A DNA stretch of 64,000 nt from NCBI GenBank assembly GCA_965215265.1, contig OZ244048.1, positions 3,296,001 through 3,360,000 of the forward strand. The letters are read 5' to 3'. Numbering within the stretch: the stretch's first letter is position 1; the number at the start of each line of letters is the position of its first letter. Position numbers and translations under genes: made by a program. Shown here one piece after another: positions 54,653 to 64,000 of the stretch. Source of the DNA: Candidatus Poribacteria bacterium (GTDB lineage Bacteria > Poribacteria > WGA-4E > WGA-3G). The notes beneath the pieces were generated by a model. It did no database searches. It saw only the letters and a program-made list of their open reading frames with translations, and was not told the origin of the DNA.

Positions 54653-57442
54653 TTAGAACCTATAAGAGAGTTTAGCGTAGTAAAGTCCGCCGTTAAAACC
54701 GAAAGGCGCGGAGCGTCTCGAATAGGTGAAGACACCGGGTGAGTCAACGATGACGTTCCCACTACTATCTGTTAAGGTTCCACCGCGTGACTGCCCAATT
54801 TCATTAGCGTCTGGGAGCTGGTCAAGCAGGTTATTGACACCAATAGTCAATGAGAGTCCTTCATTAAGTTGGTAATTGCTTTGGATATCAGTGAGCCATT
54901 TCCCGTCGTATGTTTGCCGTGCAGGATCGTCGCCGCTTCCCTCTTGGACAGTATAACTGCCGAAGTAACGGAGTGCGCCACCAACTGTAAGATTACCGAT
55001 AATATAATCCGCACTGAGGTTAATTCGAGTATTGGGCTGCCATTCCTCAATCATGGATCGTTCTTGTGAAGGGAAGAGCGTGTTTTCAAAACCGATGAGT
55101 ATTTCGGGTGCATCTACTTCGCCGGTAACTTCGGTGTCTGCCCAGGTTGCTGCAATTTTGAGATTGAGCAAGCTTTCGTTATCAAAGGCGAAGAGGTAGC
55201 CTGCGGCAATATCCACGCCCTGCGTCCGTGTTTGGGCCACGTTCGTAAAAACTTGTGCTTCCTTGGCACCTGCGTCTGCTAAGCCCGGTACGTTGTCTGC
55301 ACTGAAACGACCGCTTAGGACAATGCGGTCATCAATTTGAATCAGGAATCCGTCCACGGTTACCCAAAGGTTCTGTAGCGGTTTCAAGACGAGTCCACTG
55401 GAAACGTTGAAAGCGGTTTCCTCTTTGAGTTCTGGGATGCCGAGGGCCCGTGCTGCATCGCTATCGTTGCGGAACGTTCCGACTTCGAAAGCGAGCAGTT
55501 CTGTCGTATCTCCGTCCCCATCGACATCAGCAGCGTCTACGTTGAATTGCGTGCTAATATTATTGAAATAGAGTTGTTGAAGTGAGGGTGCTCGAAACCC
55601 AGTACTTCCAGCGGCGCGGACAGCCAACTGCTTCGTTATGTCATATCGGGCAGTTGCTTTGCCAGTGACGGTACTTCCGAAGTCACTATACTGTTCTCCA
55701 CGGACCGCGGCTCCCACTGCAATACCACTTCCAGGTATGCCGCTGAGATATGATTCAAAATCGGCGTATCCGGCGAGATTGGTACGGCTTTCATCTACTT
55801 CATTGTCTGGCCGGAAACCGGGGAAAACTTGGATGCCTCCTGAGGCACCGTCCACCCCTAACCCAGCGTTAATCCATGAAAGCGGTTCACCGGCATCAAT
55901 ACCGTAGCCTTCACGCCGAAATTCGACCCCACCTGCTAAATTAATGAGGGAAGACTGGTAGCTGAGTGGATAGGCAATATCCAGGTTGAACGCGGTCTGA
56001 GAGAGGGCGAATCCTCCAGCATCAGCTGAAGTTGGACTGCTGCTACCATAAGAGGCGTTTAATGAGTTAGAGATAAAAAAGTCAAATGTATTCAATCCGT
56101 GGTTCAGACTGACATCAATGTTCAAATCCGTTGCTTCGTGTGTCCATGCCATCCCTAAAGCGAGGGCGACATCTTCAATATCGGTGTTAATTTCTGGTAA
56201 GAATCCGTCTGGATATATTTCTGTGACAGTGCGCTCGGTTTGATTTGCTCTGCGATAGAATCCGGCACTATTATTTTGGCGCGTCGAGTACCCACCAAAT
56301 GAGTAAATTTCAAGTCCTTCTACCAAAGGCAGCCCGAAATTGTAAAATCCAACCTTTTGGGCTGAATCCGAATCACCGATGCGGAAATTTTGCCGTTCAA
56401 AGGTATATTCGCGGGAGTCGAACCACATGGGTTTGGCTGTGACAGTGCCATCATCATTTTCTATTTCAAGGATGTGATCTGCGGGCCTGCCGGGATCTGT
56501 TTCTACCCAGTTGTACTGACGTGTGCCGGTAAGGCCTGCGCGGTTAGTGCGATAGCGGTCACGCCATTCTGCGGTAAGGTTCAGGAAGCCATTGTCCGCT
56601 ACCTTCATGCCATAATTGGCATTTCCGATCCAGGTATCCCCATCGCCTTCGTAGGTTTGCCCCCAATACACGCTTGCATCCCCTGTTTCTACGCTGTTTT
56701 TTAGAACAATGTTAATCACACCGGCGATAGCATCTGAGCCGTATTGCGCTGCCGCCCCATCGCGGAGTACCTCAATTCGTTCTATTGCGGATGCTGGAAT
56801 GGCGTTGAAGTCTGTTCCTGCCGTGCCACGGCCTACAGACGTATTTACGTGGAGCAACGCGCTTTTATGGCGACGCTTGCCGTTGACAAGGACTAACGTC
56901 TGATCAGGACCTAAGCCTCGCAACGTACCCGGACGCAAAGCATCCGTTCCATCGCTGATTGTTGAACTAGAAAAATTAAAGGAGGGGACTAACATCTGTA
57001 AGGTTCTGCCTGTTTCCGATTGCCCGGTAAGGCTCAGCTGCTTACGATTCACCACATCAATCGGGACAGGTGCCTGCAAAGCACGCCGTCCTATACTACG
57101 TGTACCTACTACTACTACAGATTCGACCGTTTGAATTGGCGTAAGCGTGACTGTTAGCTCAGTTTGCCCGAAGCCAACGTTAAACCTTTCGCTGGAAAAC
57201 CCATCTGCCGTGACGAGCGCGGTCTGCGCACCTATTACATCGCCGAATGTGACAGTTCCGGCCTCGTCTGTCGTTTGTTCCTCAGAACCTACTGTGACCT
57301 TTGCTGCTGGGATGGCGTTACCATCCTGATTTTGAACAACTACCTTGAGCGCTGCTGAATTCGCAGTTAAGGGGAACGCTATTACAAGTCCTGCTAATAA
57401 AGCGACAATGCACCAAGGCAATTTGTTATCTGATTCTAACAT
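54653..57442 (-). CDS. TonB-dependent receptor
   Basis: Signal peptide, ESVVVVGTRS, plug LRGLGPDQTLVLVNGKR...IERIEVLRDGAAAQYGSDAIAGVINI, C-terminal YRF. Confidence 0.95.
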   Translation of the reverse strand: MLESDNKLPWCIVALLAGLVIAFPLTANSAALKVVVQNQDGNAIPAAKVTVGSEEQTTDEAGTVTFGDVIGAQTALVTADGFSSERFNVGFGQTELTVTLTPIQTVESVVVVGTRSIGRRALQAPVPIDVVNRKQLSLTGQSETGRTLQMLVPSFNFSSSTISDGTDALRPGTLRGLGPDQTLVLVNGKRRHKSALLHVNTSVGRGTAGTDFNAIPASAIERIEVLRDGAAAQYGSDAIAGVINIVLKNSVETGDASVYWGQTYEGDGDTWIGNANYGMKVADNGFLNLTAEWRDRYRTNRAGLTGTRQYNWVETDPGRPADHILEIENDDGTVTAKPMWFDSREYTFERQNFRIGDSDSAQKVGFYNFGLPLVEGLEIYSFGGYSTRQNNSAGFYRRANQTERTVTEIYPDGFLPEINTDIEDVALALGMAWTHEATDLNIDVSLNHGLNTFDFFISNSLNASYGSSSPTSADAGGFALSQTAFNLDIAYPLSYQSSLINLAGGVEFRREGYGIDAGEPLSWINAGLGVDGASGGIQVFPGFRPDNEVDESRTNLAGYADFESYLSGIPGSGIAVGAAVRGEQYSDFGSTVTGKATARYDITKQLAVRAAGSTGFRAPSLQQLYFNNISTQFNVDAADVDGDGDTTELLAFEVGTFRNDSDAARALGIPELKEETAFNVSSGLVLKPLQNLWVTVDGFLIQIDDRIVLSGRFSADNVPGLADAGAKEAQVFTNVAQTRTQGVDIAAGYLFAFDNESLLNLKIAATWADTEVTGEVDAPEILIGFENTLFPSQERSMIEEWQPNTRINLSADYIIGNLTVGGALRYFGSYTVQEGSGDDPARQTYDGKWLTDIQSNYQLNEGLSLTIGVNNLLDQLPDANEIGQSRGGTLTDSSGNVIVDSPGVFTYSRRSAPFGFNGGLYYAKLSYRF

Positions 57443-57604
57443 GACTTTACCTCCATGTTACTTAGAATTAGAGATTTTTCTGGGATTAATCCTTGATTTC
57501 GAATTGATCTTCCACAAGGACTCTTTTTTTACACATAAAACCTAATTTAACCTGAGTTACTCGACCTGTATGAAATTTCGCGAAACCTCAAGGCTATTCT
57601 ATGA

Positions 57605-57633
57605 AGTATACCACAAAATTTTACATTTGTCAA
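57605..57633 (-). promoter_or_regulatory. Near-consensus sigma70 promoter of the TonB receptor
   Basis: TTGACA-17 nt-TATACT with extended -10 TG. Confidence 0.7.
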
Positions 57634-57973
57634 GAGAAACTGAACGAGATATGTGTCATCGTCAACCGCACCGTCATCGCAAGGCATGCGAACCCAACGT
57701 AAGAAAGCAGTCTGCAGATCGTTGGCAATAAATATGGATTAAAAACACTCAACAGTGATATAATTTCGAACATGGACAAATATCGTTTCTGAGTTGAGTT
57801 CTTTCACCGATAACTTTAGGATATTTTGCTATTTATCCAACTTTTTTTGCCGAAGGTATTAGCGCTATGAGATAGGTTTTTAAAAGAGTTATGAAAAACT
57901 CGTAGGTGGGTTTGATATACAAAAAAGTGATTTTGCTGATTTCGTTGACCTCTTTTTGATGATTTTGATTAAT

Positions 57974-59611
57974 ATGCACGGACTCATGATGGACTATCCA
58001 TTGACACTCGCGTTGATTTTAGAACATGCACACCGCATCCATGGAGATAAGCGGGTTAGCACACTGTGTCCGGATGGCAAGATGCATAGTTATAGTTACT
58101 CGGAATTTCATCGGCGTGTCAAGCGGTTGGCAAATGTCATCACTGAATTTGGCGTACAGTCCGGCGACAGGATTGCCACGTTTGCCTCCAACACGTATCA
58201 ACACTTAGAGCTCTATTACGCTATTCCGTGCATCGGCGGGATTCTCCATCCGCTCAATGTAAGACTTTCTGCTACGCAACTTACTGAGATTTTGAACGAG
58301 GCAGAAGATAGGCTTATCTTCGCGGATGGGACATTCGCACCGCAGTTTTCAGAGCTGTGGCAGTTGCGCCAAATGGATTGTGCAGTTTTTAATTCGCCTA
58401 AAGAGGGAATGGTTTCGAATCGACCTCAAATGTATCCGTTTCACGATTATGAACAGTTGCTTTCTGAAGCAGACGAGAGATATGCATGGGATATTCCGGA
58501 CGAAAATTGGGCGATGGGGCTTTGCTATACGAGCGGAACATGCGGTGAACCTAGGGGAGTCCTCTATACACATCGCTCCATGTTTCTTCACACGATGGCT
58601 GTTAATCAAGCAGATGTGTTCGGAATAACGGAGGCAGATGTAGTCATGCCGTTCGTCCCGATGTTTCATGCGATGGCATGGGGCTTGCCTTATGCCGCGA
58701 TGTTTACAGGTGCAGATATGGTGCTACCGGCAGCCGCTAAACCGACACAAATTCCTGACCTCATTGCCGAAACAGGCATCACTATTGCTGCCGGTGTCCC
58801 CACAGTTTGGGCGCAAGCGTATCCGGAATTACGAAAGCGTAGAGCAAATGGTTGTTCACTACGGCAAATTATCGTTGGCGGAGAAGCAATGCCACCGACA
58901 CTCATTGAAGCTTATGAAAAGGAGCTCGATGTTGAAGTGCGCCATGCTTGGGGGATGACAGAGATGTCCCCAACGGGCACGGTCTCAAAGCTGCGATGCG
59001 CGCACAGTAACCTCTCTGATACGGGAAAATGGAAGTTAAAAGCGATGCAGGGAAGACCTATCCCAGGTGTTGAAATACGACTTTCTGGTATGGGTGCAGA
59101 CCTGACAACTTCTGATGCGGAATTGCCTTGGGACGGGAAGACGGTGGGTGAATTACAGGTGAGAAGTCCGTGGACAGCCAGCCGATACTACAAAATTGAA
59201 CCGACTTTGGAACATTTCACCACAGAAGGTTGGCTCCGCACGGGAGATATCGCTACTATCACTGTTGAAGGCTATGTACAGATTGTTGATAGGGCAAAAG
59301 CGATTATCCGGAGCGGTGGAGAATCAATCTCTAGTATCGCACTTGAAACTGTCCTGATAGCACACCCGCAAGTGCTTGATGCTGCGGTTATCGGGGTACC
59401 TGACAAAAAGTGGGGAGAACGTCCTGTTGCGCTTGTCGTCTCAAAAGCGGAGGGTATCTCCGAGTCCATGTTGAAAAGGCACCTTGCTCTGCAGTTTCCG
59501 AAATTTTGGATTCCTGATAAGTTTATACTTGTTGATGAAATTCCTAAGACCGGTGTTGGAAAATCTGACAAAAAGGCGATTCGGCAACAGATGCTAACAT
59601 CCGATTCTTAA
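57974..59611 (+). CDS. Medium/long-chain acyl-CoA synthetase (AlkK/DmdB-like)
   Basis: YTSGTCGEPRGV, VPMFH, WGMTE, LRTGD, KWGERP. Confidence 0.9.
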   Translation: MHGLMMDYPLTLALILEHAHRIHGDKRVSTLCPDGKMHSYSYSEFHRRVKRLANVITEFGVQSGDRIATFASNTYQHLELYYAIPCIGGILHPLNVRLSATQLTEILNEAEDRLIFADGTFAPQFSELWQLRQMDCAVFNSPKEGMVSNRPQMYPFHDYEQLLSEADERYAWDIPDENWAMGLCYTSGTCGEPRGVLYTHRSMFLHTMAVNQADVFGITEADVVMPFVPMFHAMAWGLPYAAMFTGADMVLPAAAKPTQIPDLIAETGITIAAGVPTVWAQAYPELRKRRANGCSLRQIIVGGEAMPPTLIEAYEKELDVEVRHAWGMTEMSPTGTVSKLRCAHSNLSDTGKWKLKAMQGRPIPGVEIRLSGMGADLTTSDAELPWDGKTVGELQVRSPWTASRYYKIEPTLEHFTTEGWLRTGDIATITVEGYVQIVDRAKAIIRSGGESISSIALETVLIAHPQVLDAAVIGVPDKKWGERPVALVVSKAEGISESMLKRHLALQFPKFWIPDKFILVDEIPKTGVGKSDKKAIRQQMLTSDS

Positions 59612-59766
59612 GGTGGCTCTGTTCCCGGACGATACAAAAAGTATCTGTCGGCCCTCCTATATCTGATAGGAATGGCGAACTAATACCGTTGATTGGAAGA
59701 TAGCCCAAGTACTTTCAGTTGAATGCACCTCATGGCTTCCTCAGAAAAAAAGAAGGAGATACGGAC

Positions 59767-60801
59767 ATGAAGATGAAAGCGGCCATCTACACAGGCATTG
59801 AACAAATTGCAATACAAGCGGTTGAGCGGAACGAACCGCCTCCTGGCTACGTCCTGATTGATACGAAGCGGACCGGCATCTGTGGCAGTGATTTGCACAG
59901 TTACTTCGGGAATTGGGGACAATCGCATGAAAACGCAGCTGGGCATGAAACGTGCGGACTCGTGACTCAGTTAGGCGATGGTGTTACCGGTTTTGAAATC
60001 GGTGATAAAGTCGCAATCGAGTGTTTTTCGCACTGCGGTACTTGCAAGTACTGCGAAACTGGACAATATAACCTCTGCCTGAGTCGAGCTTGGATATCAC
60101 CGAATATGCATGGTGGTTTTGCTGAGTACACGGCAGTGCATCAGTCTGGACTGTTTAAATTGCCAGAGAGCATGACGTTTGAGGAAGGCGCACTTGTTGA
60201 GCCGCTTGCTGTTTCTCACCGTGCCGTGGCTCGTTCCGGTGCCAACGCCCGGGACAGCATCGCGATTATCGGTGGTGGCACGATAGGGCAATTTTGCTTA
60301 GCAGATGCTGTCGCTGCAGGTATTAAGGAGACGTTAATTACCGTCAAATATAAACAGCAGGCGGAAGTTGCCGAATCCCTCGGTGCAGACCATGTCGTTA
60401 ACGTCGAGGACACGGACGTGACGGAATACGCCAAGGACATTACAAACGGTGGAGGTTTTGATGCAGTTATTGAAACAGTAGGGGGTGCAGAAAATTTCAA
60501 CACTGCAGCAACTATTGTTCGCAAGCAAGGCACCGTCGTCCTCGTTGCCGGATATTACAAACCGCTTGAGGTGAACCTTTCCACCATTGTCTGGTCTGAG
60601 GCGCGTATCACCGGCTCTAACTGCTACGGCTATAGTGGGATGGAAACCGATTTTGAAGCTGCAATTGAACTCATCGGGTCTGGGCTCGTCGATGCGACAA
60701 AATTAGTGACGCACCGTTATCCTTTTGATGAAATTGAGGGTGCCTTTCGTGCTGCGGCAGACAAAACCTCAGGTGCAGTTAAGGTTCAAGTCTGTCAGTA
60801 G
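59767..60801 (+). CDS. Zinc-dependent MDR dehydrogenase
   Basis: GICGSDLH, GHE, CGTCKYC...C, GGGTIG. Confidence 0.92.
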   Translation: MKMKAAIYTGIEQIAIQAVERNEPPPGYVLIDTKRTGICGSDLHSYFGNWGQSHENAAGHETCGLVTQLGDGVTGFEIGDKVAIECFSHCGTCKYCETGQYNLCLSRAWISPNMHGGFAEYTAVHQSGLFKLPESMTFEEGALVEPLAVSHRAVARSGANARDSIAIIGGGTIGQFCLADAVAAGIKETLITVKYKQQAEVAESLGADHVVNVEDTDVTEYAKDITNGGGFDAVIETVGGAENFNTAATIVRKQGTVVLVAGYYKPLEVNLSTIVWSEARITGSNCYGYSGMETDFEAAIELIGSGLVDATKLVTHRYPFDEIEGAFRAAADKTSGAVKVQVCQ

Positions 60802-60834
60802 TGTTTTATTTTGTGGATGAAGGAGGAAACTAAC

Positions 60835-61557
60835 ATGTCGTTGTGCGAAGCAGAAATGACGCAATTCTGGAGGCAGGGTTACCTCGGTCCCTACGCGGTC
60901 TGTAGTCCAGAAGAGATGTGGCGCATGCAGCCAGAAATTGAGAAAGTGCTTGAAACCGATCCGCCGGATCACAAAGATAGGGTGCATAACCGTCATCTCG
61001 ATTTTCCGATAATCTATGATCTCGCCACACATCCTACTATTGTGAATAAAATGGCATCCATCTATGGACCGGACCTCTTACTGTGGCGTACGAACTTCTT
61101 TGTAAAGGAACCAGGAGCGAAGGAAATTCCGTGGCATCAAGATTTTAACTACTGGCCGCTGGAACCTCCGATTATCATTTCGGCTTGGCTCGCGATTGAC
61201 GAAACAACATTGGAGAACAGTTGCCTCCAATTCATCCCGGGTTCTCATCGAAAAGTAGTGCCACATGTAAAAGCCACATCGGACATGGCATTCAATCAGA
61301 TGGGCGACATGCATTTTATTAACACGGACAATATTGTCAATTTAGAGATGCGGCCCGGCGAATTTGTGCTTTTTAACGAGCGGACCCTACACCATTCAGA
61401 TGCGAATCGTTCTGACAAACGTCGTATCGGCTTGGCTATCCGCGTGATTGTTCCGATTGTCAAAGTCTTTGATTGGGACTCGCCGCTTCACGAGTTGATT
61501 GTCATCCATGGCGAAGATCCGCTTCAATTCAACAAAAGGCAGTCTACAGCATCCTGA
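60835..61557 (+). CDS. PhyH family dioxygenase
   Basis: PWHQD, AWLAID, IPGSH, LHHSDAN...RR. Confidence 0.9.
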   Translation: MSLCEAEMTQFWRQGYLGPYAVCSPEEMWRMQPEIEKVLETDPPDHKDRVHNRHLDFPIIYDLATHPTIVNKMASIYGPDLLLWRTNFFVKEPGAKEIPWHQDFNYWPLEPPIIISAWLAIDETTLENSCLQFIPGSHRKVVPHVKATSDMAFNQMGDMHFINTDNIVNLEMRPGEFVLFNERTLHHSDANRSDKRRIGLAIRVIVPIVKVFDWDSPLHELIVIHGEDPLQFNKRQSTAS

Positions 61558-61638
61558 TTTGAACGACAACTCAAGTTGTAAAAGGTAGCATTGCGTGAAA
61601 ATTCACGTCTGCAAACGATAAGGAGATAGAAATTAGCA

Positions 61639-62655
61639 ATGAATCGTCAAATAACTTTGTCTGCACGGCCCGTCGGATACCCGAAGGAATCTGACTTCGC
61701 CTTAGTCAAAACGCCAATCCTGACTCCGGAAGACGGACAGGTATTAGTAAAAACCATTTATCTCTCAGTCGACCCGTATATGCGGGGACGCATCAATCCA
61801 GCGCGTTCTTATGCGGCCAATGTTGAAATTGGTGAGGTCATGGTAGGTGGTGTAATTGGGCAAGTGCTTGAATCCAAACATCCGGATTTTGCGCACGGCG
61901 ATTTTGTGAACGCGAACATCGGGTGGCAGGAATACGGAATAGTTAACGGTGATGGGTTGCGGAAAATTGACCCGACAATTGCGCCGATTTCAACAGGGGC
62001 AGGCATTCTCGGGATGCCCGGTTTGACAGCCTATTTCGGTTTACTTGAGATTGGCAAACTTCAGGAGGGCGAGACAGTGTTCGTCTCTGGTGCGGCTGGT
62101 GCTGTCGGGTCAGTTGTCGGGCAGATTGCAAAAATTAAGGGATGCCGCGTTGTCGGCTCTGCAGGAACCGATGAGAAGATTGCGTATATCGTTGACGAGC
62201 TCGGCTTTGATGCTGCTTTTAATTACAAAAAAGTTACCGACTATCAGAGAAAATTAGGCGAACTCTTCAGCGATGGTATTGATGTCTATTTTGACAATGT
62301 TGGTGGTGCGATTACGGATGCAGTTTTCTTGAATTTAAGGGTTAAAGGTCGTGTTGTTATCTGCGGTCAGATTTCACAGTATAATTTAGAGAATCCGGAG
62401 GTGGGTCCACGGTTTCTATGGCATCTCATTACGCAGCGCGCTCGGATTGAGGGGTTCCTCGTTTCTGAATTCGCTGAGCGGCATGCAGAGGCTCTTGTGG
62501 AAATGTCAGCCTGGGTTCGACAAGGGAAATTGAAATATCGTGAGACAATAGAGGAGGGTGGCATTGAACGGGCACCTGCGGCGTTCATTAGCATGCTGAA
62601 AGGGGGTAATATCGGAAAACAACTCGTCAAAATCGCGGATGTAAGTGAATTGTAG
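61639..62655 (+). CDS. NADP-dependent oxidoreductase (CurA/PTGR-like MDR)
   Basis: LSVDPYMR, GMPGLTAY, GAAGAVG, YFDNVGG, CGQISQY. Confidence 0.93.
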   Translation: MNRQITLSARPVGYPKESDFALVKTPILTPEDGQVLVKTIYLSVDPYMRGRINPARSYAANVEIGEVMVGGVIGQVLESKHPDFAHGDFVNANIGWQEYGIVNGDGLRKIDPTIAPISTGAGILGMPGLTAYFGLLEIGKLQEGETVFVSGAAGAVGSVVGQIAKIKGCRVVGSAGTDEKIAYIVDELGFDAAFNYKKVTDYQRKLGELFSDGIDVYFDNVGGAITDAVFLNLRVKGRVVICGQISQYNLENPEVGPRFLWHLITQRARIEGFLVSEFAERHAEALVEMSAWVRQGKLKYRETIEEGGIERAPAAFISMLKGGNIGKQLVKIADVSEL

Positions 62656-62675
62656 GCGGGTTTTCGGAACCCGCC
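62645..62675 (+). repeat. REP-like hairpin / terminator between convergent genes
   Basis: GGCGGGTT-TTCGG-AACCCGCC preceded by the same GTGAATTGTAGGCG seen at 17666. Confidence 0.55.
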
Positions 62676-62717
62676 AAATAGAATTGTCTGAAGGCGGCAG
62701 CTATCGTGTATGCAGGC

Positions 62718-63668
62718 TTAGTACCCTTTTTGCTTGTCAATAACACTCAGGAGTGGTTTACCAACCAAAAGTCGTTCAAGGTTATTGCAGAAGAGGCCAA
62801 CGGTCCGGTCGAGACGGATCGGTGAACCGCCAGCGACGTGCGGTGTAACAATGACATTTGGCATACCCCAGAGAGGGCTGTCATCAGACAGTGGTTCTTC
62901 TGGTGTAACATCCAGCCCTGCGCCGCCGATAAGTTCTTTCTTCAGAGCGTTAAGCAGTGCCGGTCCGTCTACAATCTTGCCGCGCGTAACGTTGATAAGC
63001 AAGGCGTGCTGTTTCATCTGTTGGAAGGCCGCATTGTCAAACATTCCGTGTGTCTCCTGCGTCAAAGGTGCGCAAATGGAAACGATGTCTGACTCCGCCA
63101 GCAAGTCATGGAAGTGCTTCATGTTCCAGACTTCGTGTACAAACGAGGGTGCCTCCACCGGCTCAGGATCAACGGCGATGACGCGCATATCAAATCCTTG
63201 TGCTCGTCTGGCGACTTCAATTCCGGTGCCGCCGAGTCCGATAATACCGAGGGTGCGTTCACTCAGTTCCCATGTTGCTAACCTGATGGACATGCGGTTC
63301 TGCCAGGTCCGTTCACGGACGGAACGGCCAATGCCGCGGAGTAATCCGAGAATTAGAGCCCACGTCTGGTCTGCCAAATGAGGACCAACGAATCCTTTGG
63401 CACTGGTTAAGATAACATCGCTCTTGACGAATTCAGGGAAGAGGAGTCCATCAACGCCTGCAGAAAGCACTTGCACCAATTTGAGTTGCTTGGCGTTCTC
63501 AAAAAGCGAGCGATTAAACCCACCGAAAACAACGTCGGTATCCACAATTTCACGGTGTGCTTCCGCCGCATTCTTGGGTTGAACAAGGCGGAGTTCTTCA
63601 GACACGGATGCAATTTGTGTCTGCTGTTCCGATGTGATGTCAGTGTTAATCAAAATTTTCATGTGCAT
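62718..63668 (-). CDS. D-2-hydroxyacid dehydrogenase
   Basis: SAGVD, GIIGLGGTG, INVTRG, GLDVTPEEP, TPHVAG; GGAGGAG RBS. Confidence 0.92.
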   Translation of the reverse strand: MHMKILINTDITSEQQTQIASVSEELRLVQPKNAAEAHREIVDTDVVFGGFNRSLFENAKQLKLVQVLSAGVDGLLFPEFVKSDVILTSAKGFVGPHLADQTWALILGLLRGIGRSVRERTWQNRMSIRLATWELSERTLGIIGLGGTGIEVARRAQGFDMRVIAVDPEPVEAPSFVHEVWNMKHFHDLLAESDIVSICAPLTQETHGMFDNAAFQQMKQHALLINVTRGKIVDGPALLNALKKELIGGAGLDVTPEEPLSDDSPLWGMPNVIVTPHVAGGSPIRLDRTVGLFCNNLERLLVGKPLLSVIDKQKGY

Positions 63669-63865
63669 CTCTCCTCCATTTTGTGGTATTCTATATAGAA
63701 ATAAAAAACAGAATTTATTGTAAGGCGAGTCCAAAAGCACGTTTCTTCGGACAAGTTCCGGGTGATGCCATTTCAGTATTGAAAATTCCGAATCGGAATT
63801 CCTCATACACCGGTGCTCGTTTTCAATAAAATAGACACAACTTCTCAGAAAAGGAGAATTACATT

Positions 63866-64000
63866 GTGATTTATTCACGTTTCAACTTAAGGATTGGGAA
63901 ACAATCTCGTTCATTGCCGGCCATCCTTTTTACCATTAGTGTTCTACTTCTGTCAATCTTCATCCTCAGCTGCGGTGATGAAGGGGAATCTGTTGAAGAG
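63866..64000 (+). CDS. Putative lipoprotein (3'-truncated by window edge)
   Basis: GTG after AAGGAG; translates MIYSRFNLRIGKQSRSLPAILFTISVLLLSIFILSCGDEGESVEE with an ILSC lipobox. Confidence 0.6.
   Translation, partial: MIYSRFNLRIGKQSRSLPAILFTISVLLLSIFILSCGDEGESVEE

Noticed and set aside
60835-61557. Non-heme iron halogenase
   Set aside because: The facial triad keeps HxD (HQD); halogenases have HxA or HxG. The other two PhyH genes also keep HxD.
1-64000. CRISPR arrays, tRNA and rRNA genes
   Set aside because: No regularly spaced repeats or recognisable structural RNA sequences were seen in the intergenic regions by eye; a covariance-model scan was not run.

Overview
A gene-dense bacterial window, probably from a Candidatus Poribacteria-like genome. 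That placement is an inference from the recurring PhyH, Gfo/Idh/MocA, PQQ-like propeller and long ABC-2 permease paralogues. Bases 1-22.9 kb form a co-oriented respiratory supercluster: a split b6-type cytochrome b with an octaheme cytochrome c; a CydA-like (bd-like) oxidase with no CydB, followed by three membrane cytochromes c and bracketed by two cupredoxin-motif proteins; an ABC-2 transporter; and an A1-type heme-copper oxidase operon. The best candidate for an undescribed system follows at 22.9-34.2 kb. Four unrelated proteins share six copies of a BchB/ChlB C-terminal-like (PCP_red) helical module: a tandem USP/rubredoxin fusion, a Zn-ribbon protein, an AhbD/NirJ-like radical SAM-SPASM enzyme and a coiled-coil protein. 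They cluster with an Mrp ATPase and a CopD/HemJ-like membrane protein, and a type IIG restriction-modification gene interrupts the cluster. The rest of the window holds a cysK-cysH-sulfur carrier-JAMM-NIL cluster, catabolic oxidoreductases, a 48.3-51.3 kb zone of decayed mobile elements, ABC permeases, a TonB receptor and further enzymes. No CRISPR array, tRNA or rRNA was seen. All calls come from reading motifs by eye; no database search was run.
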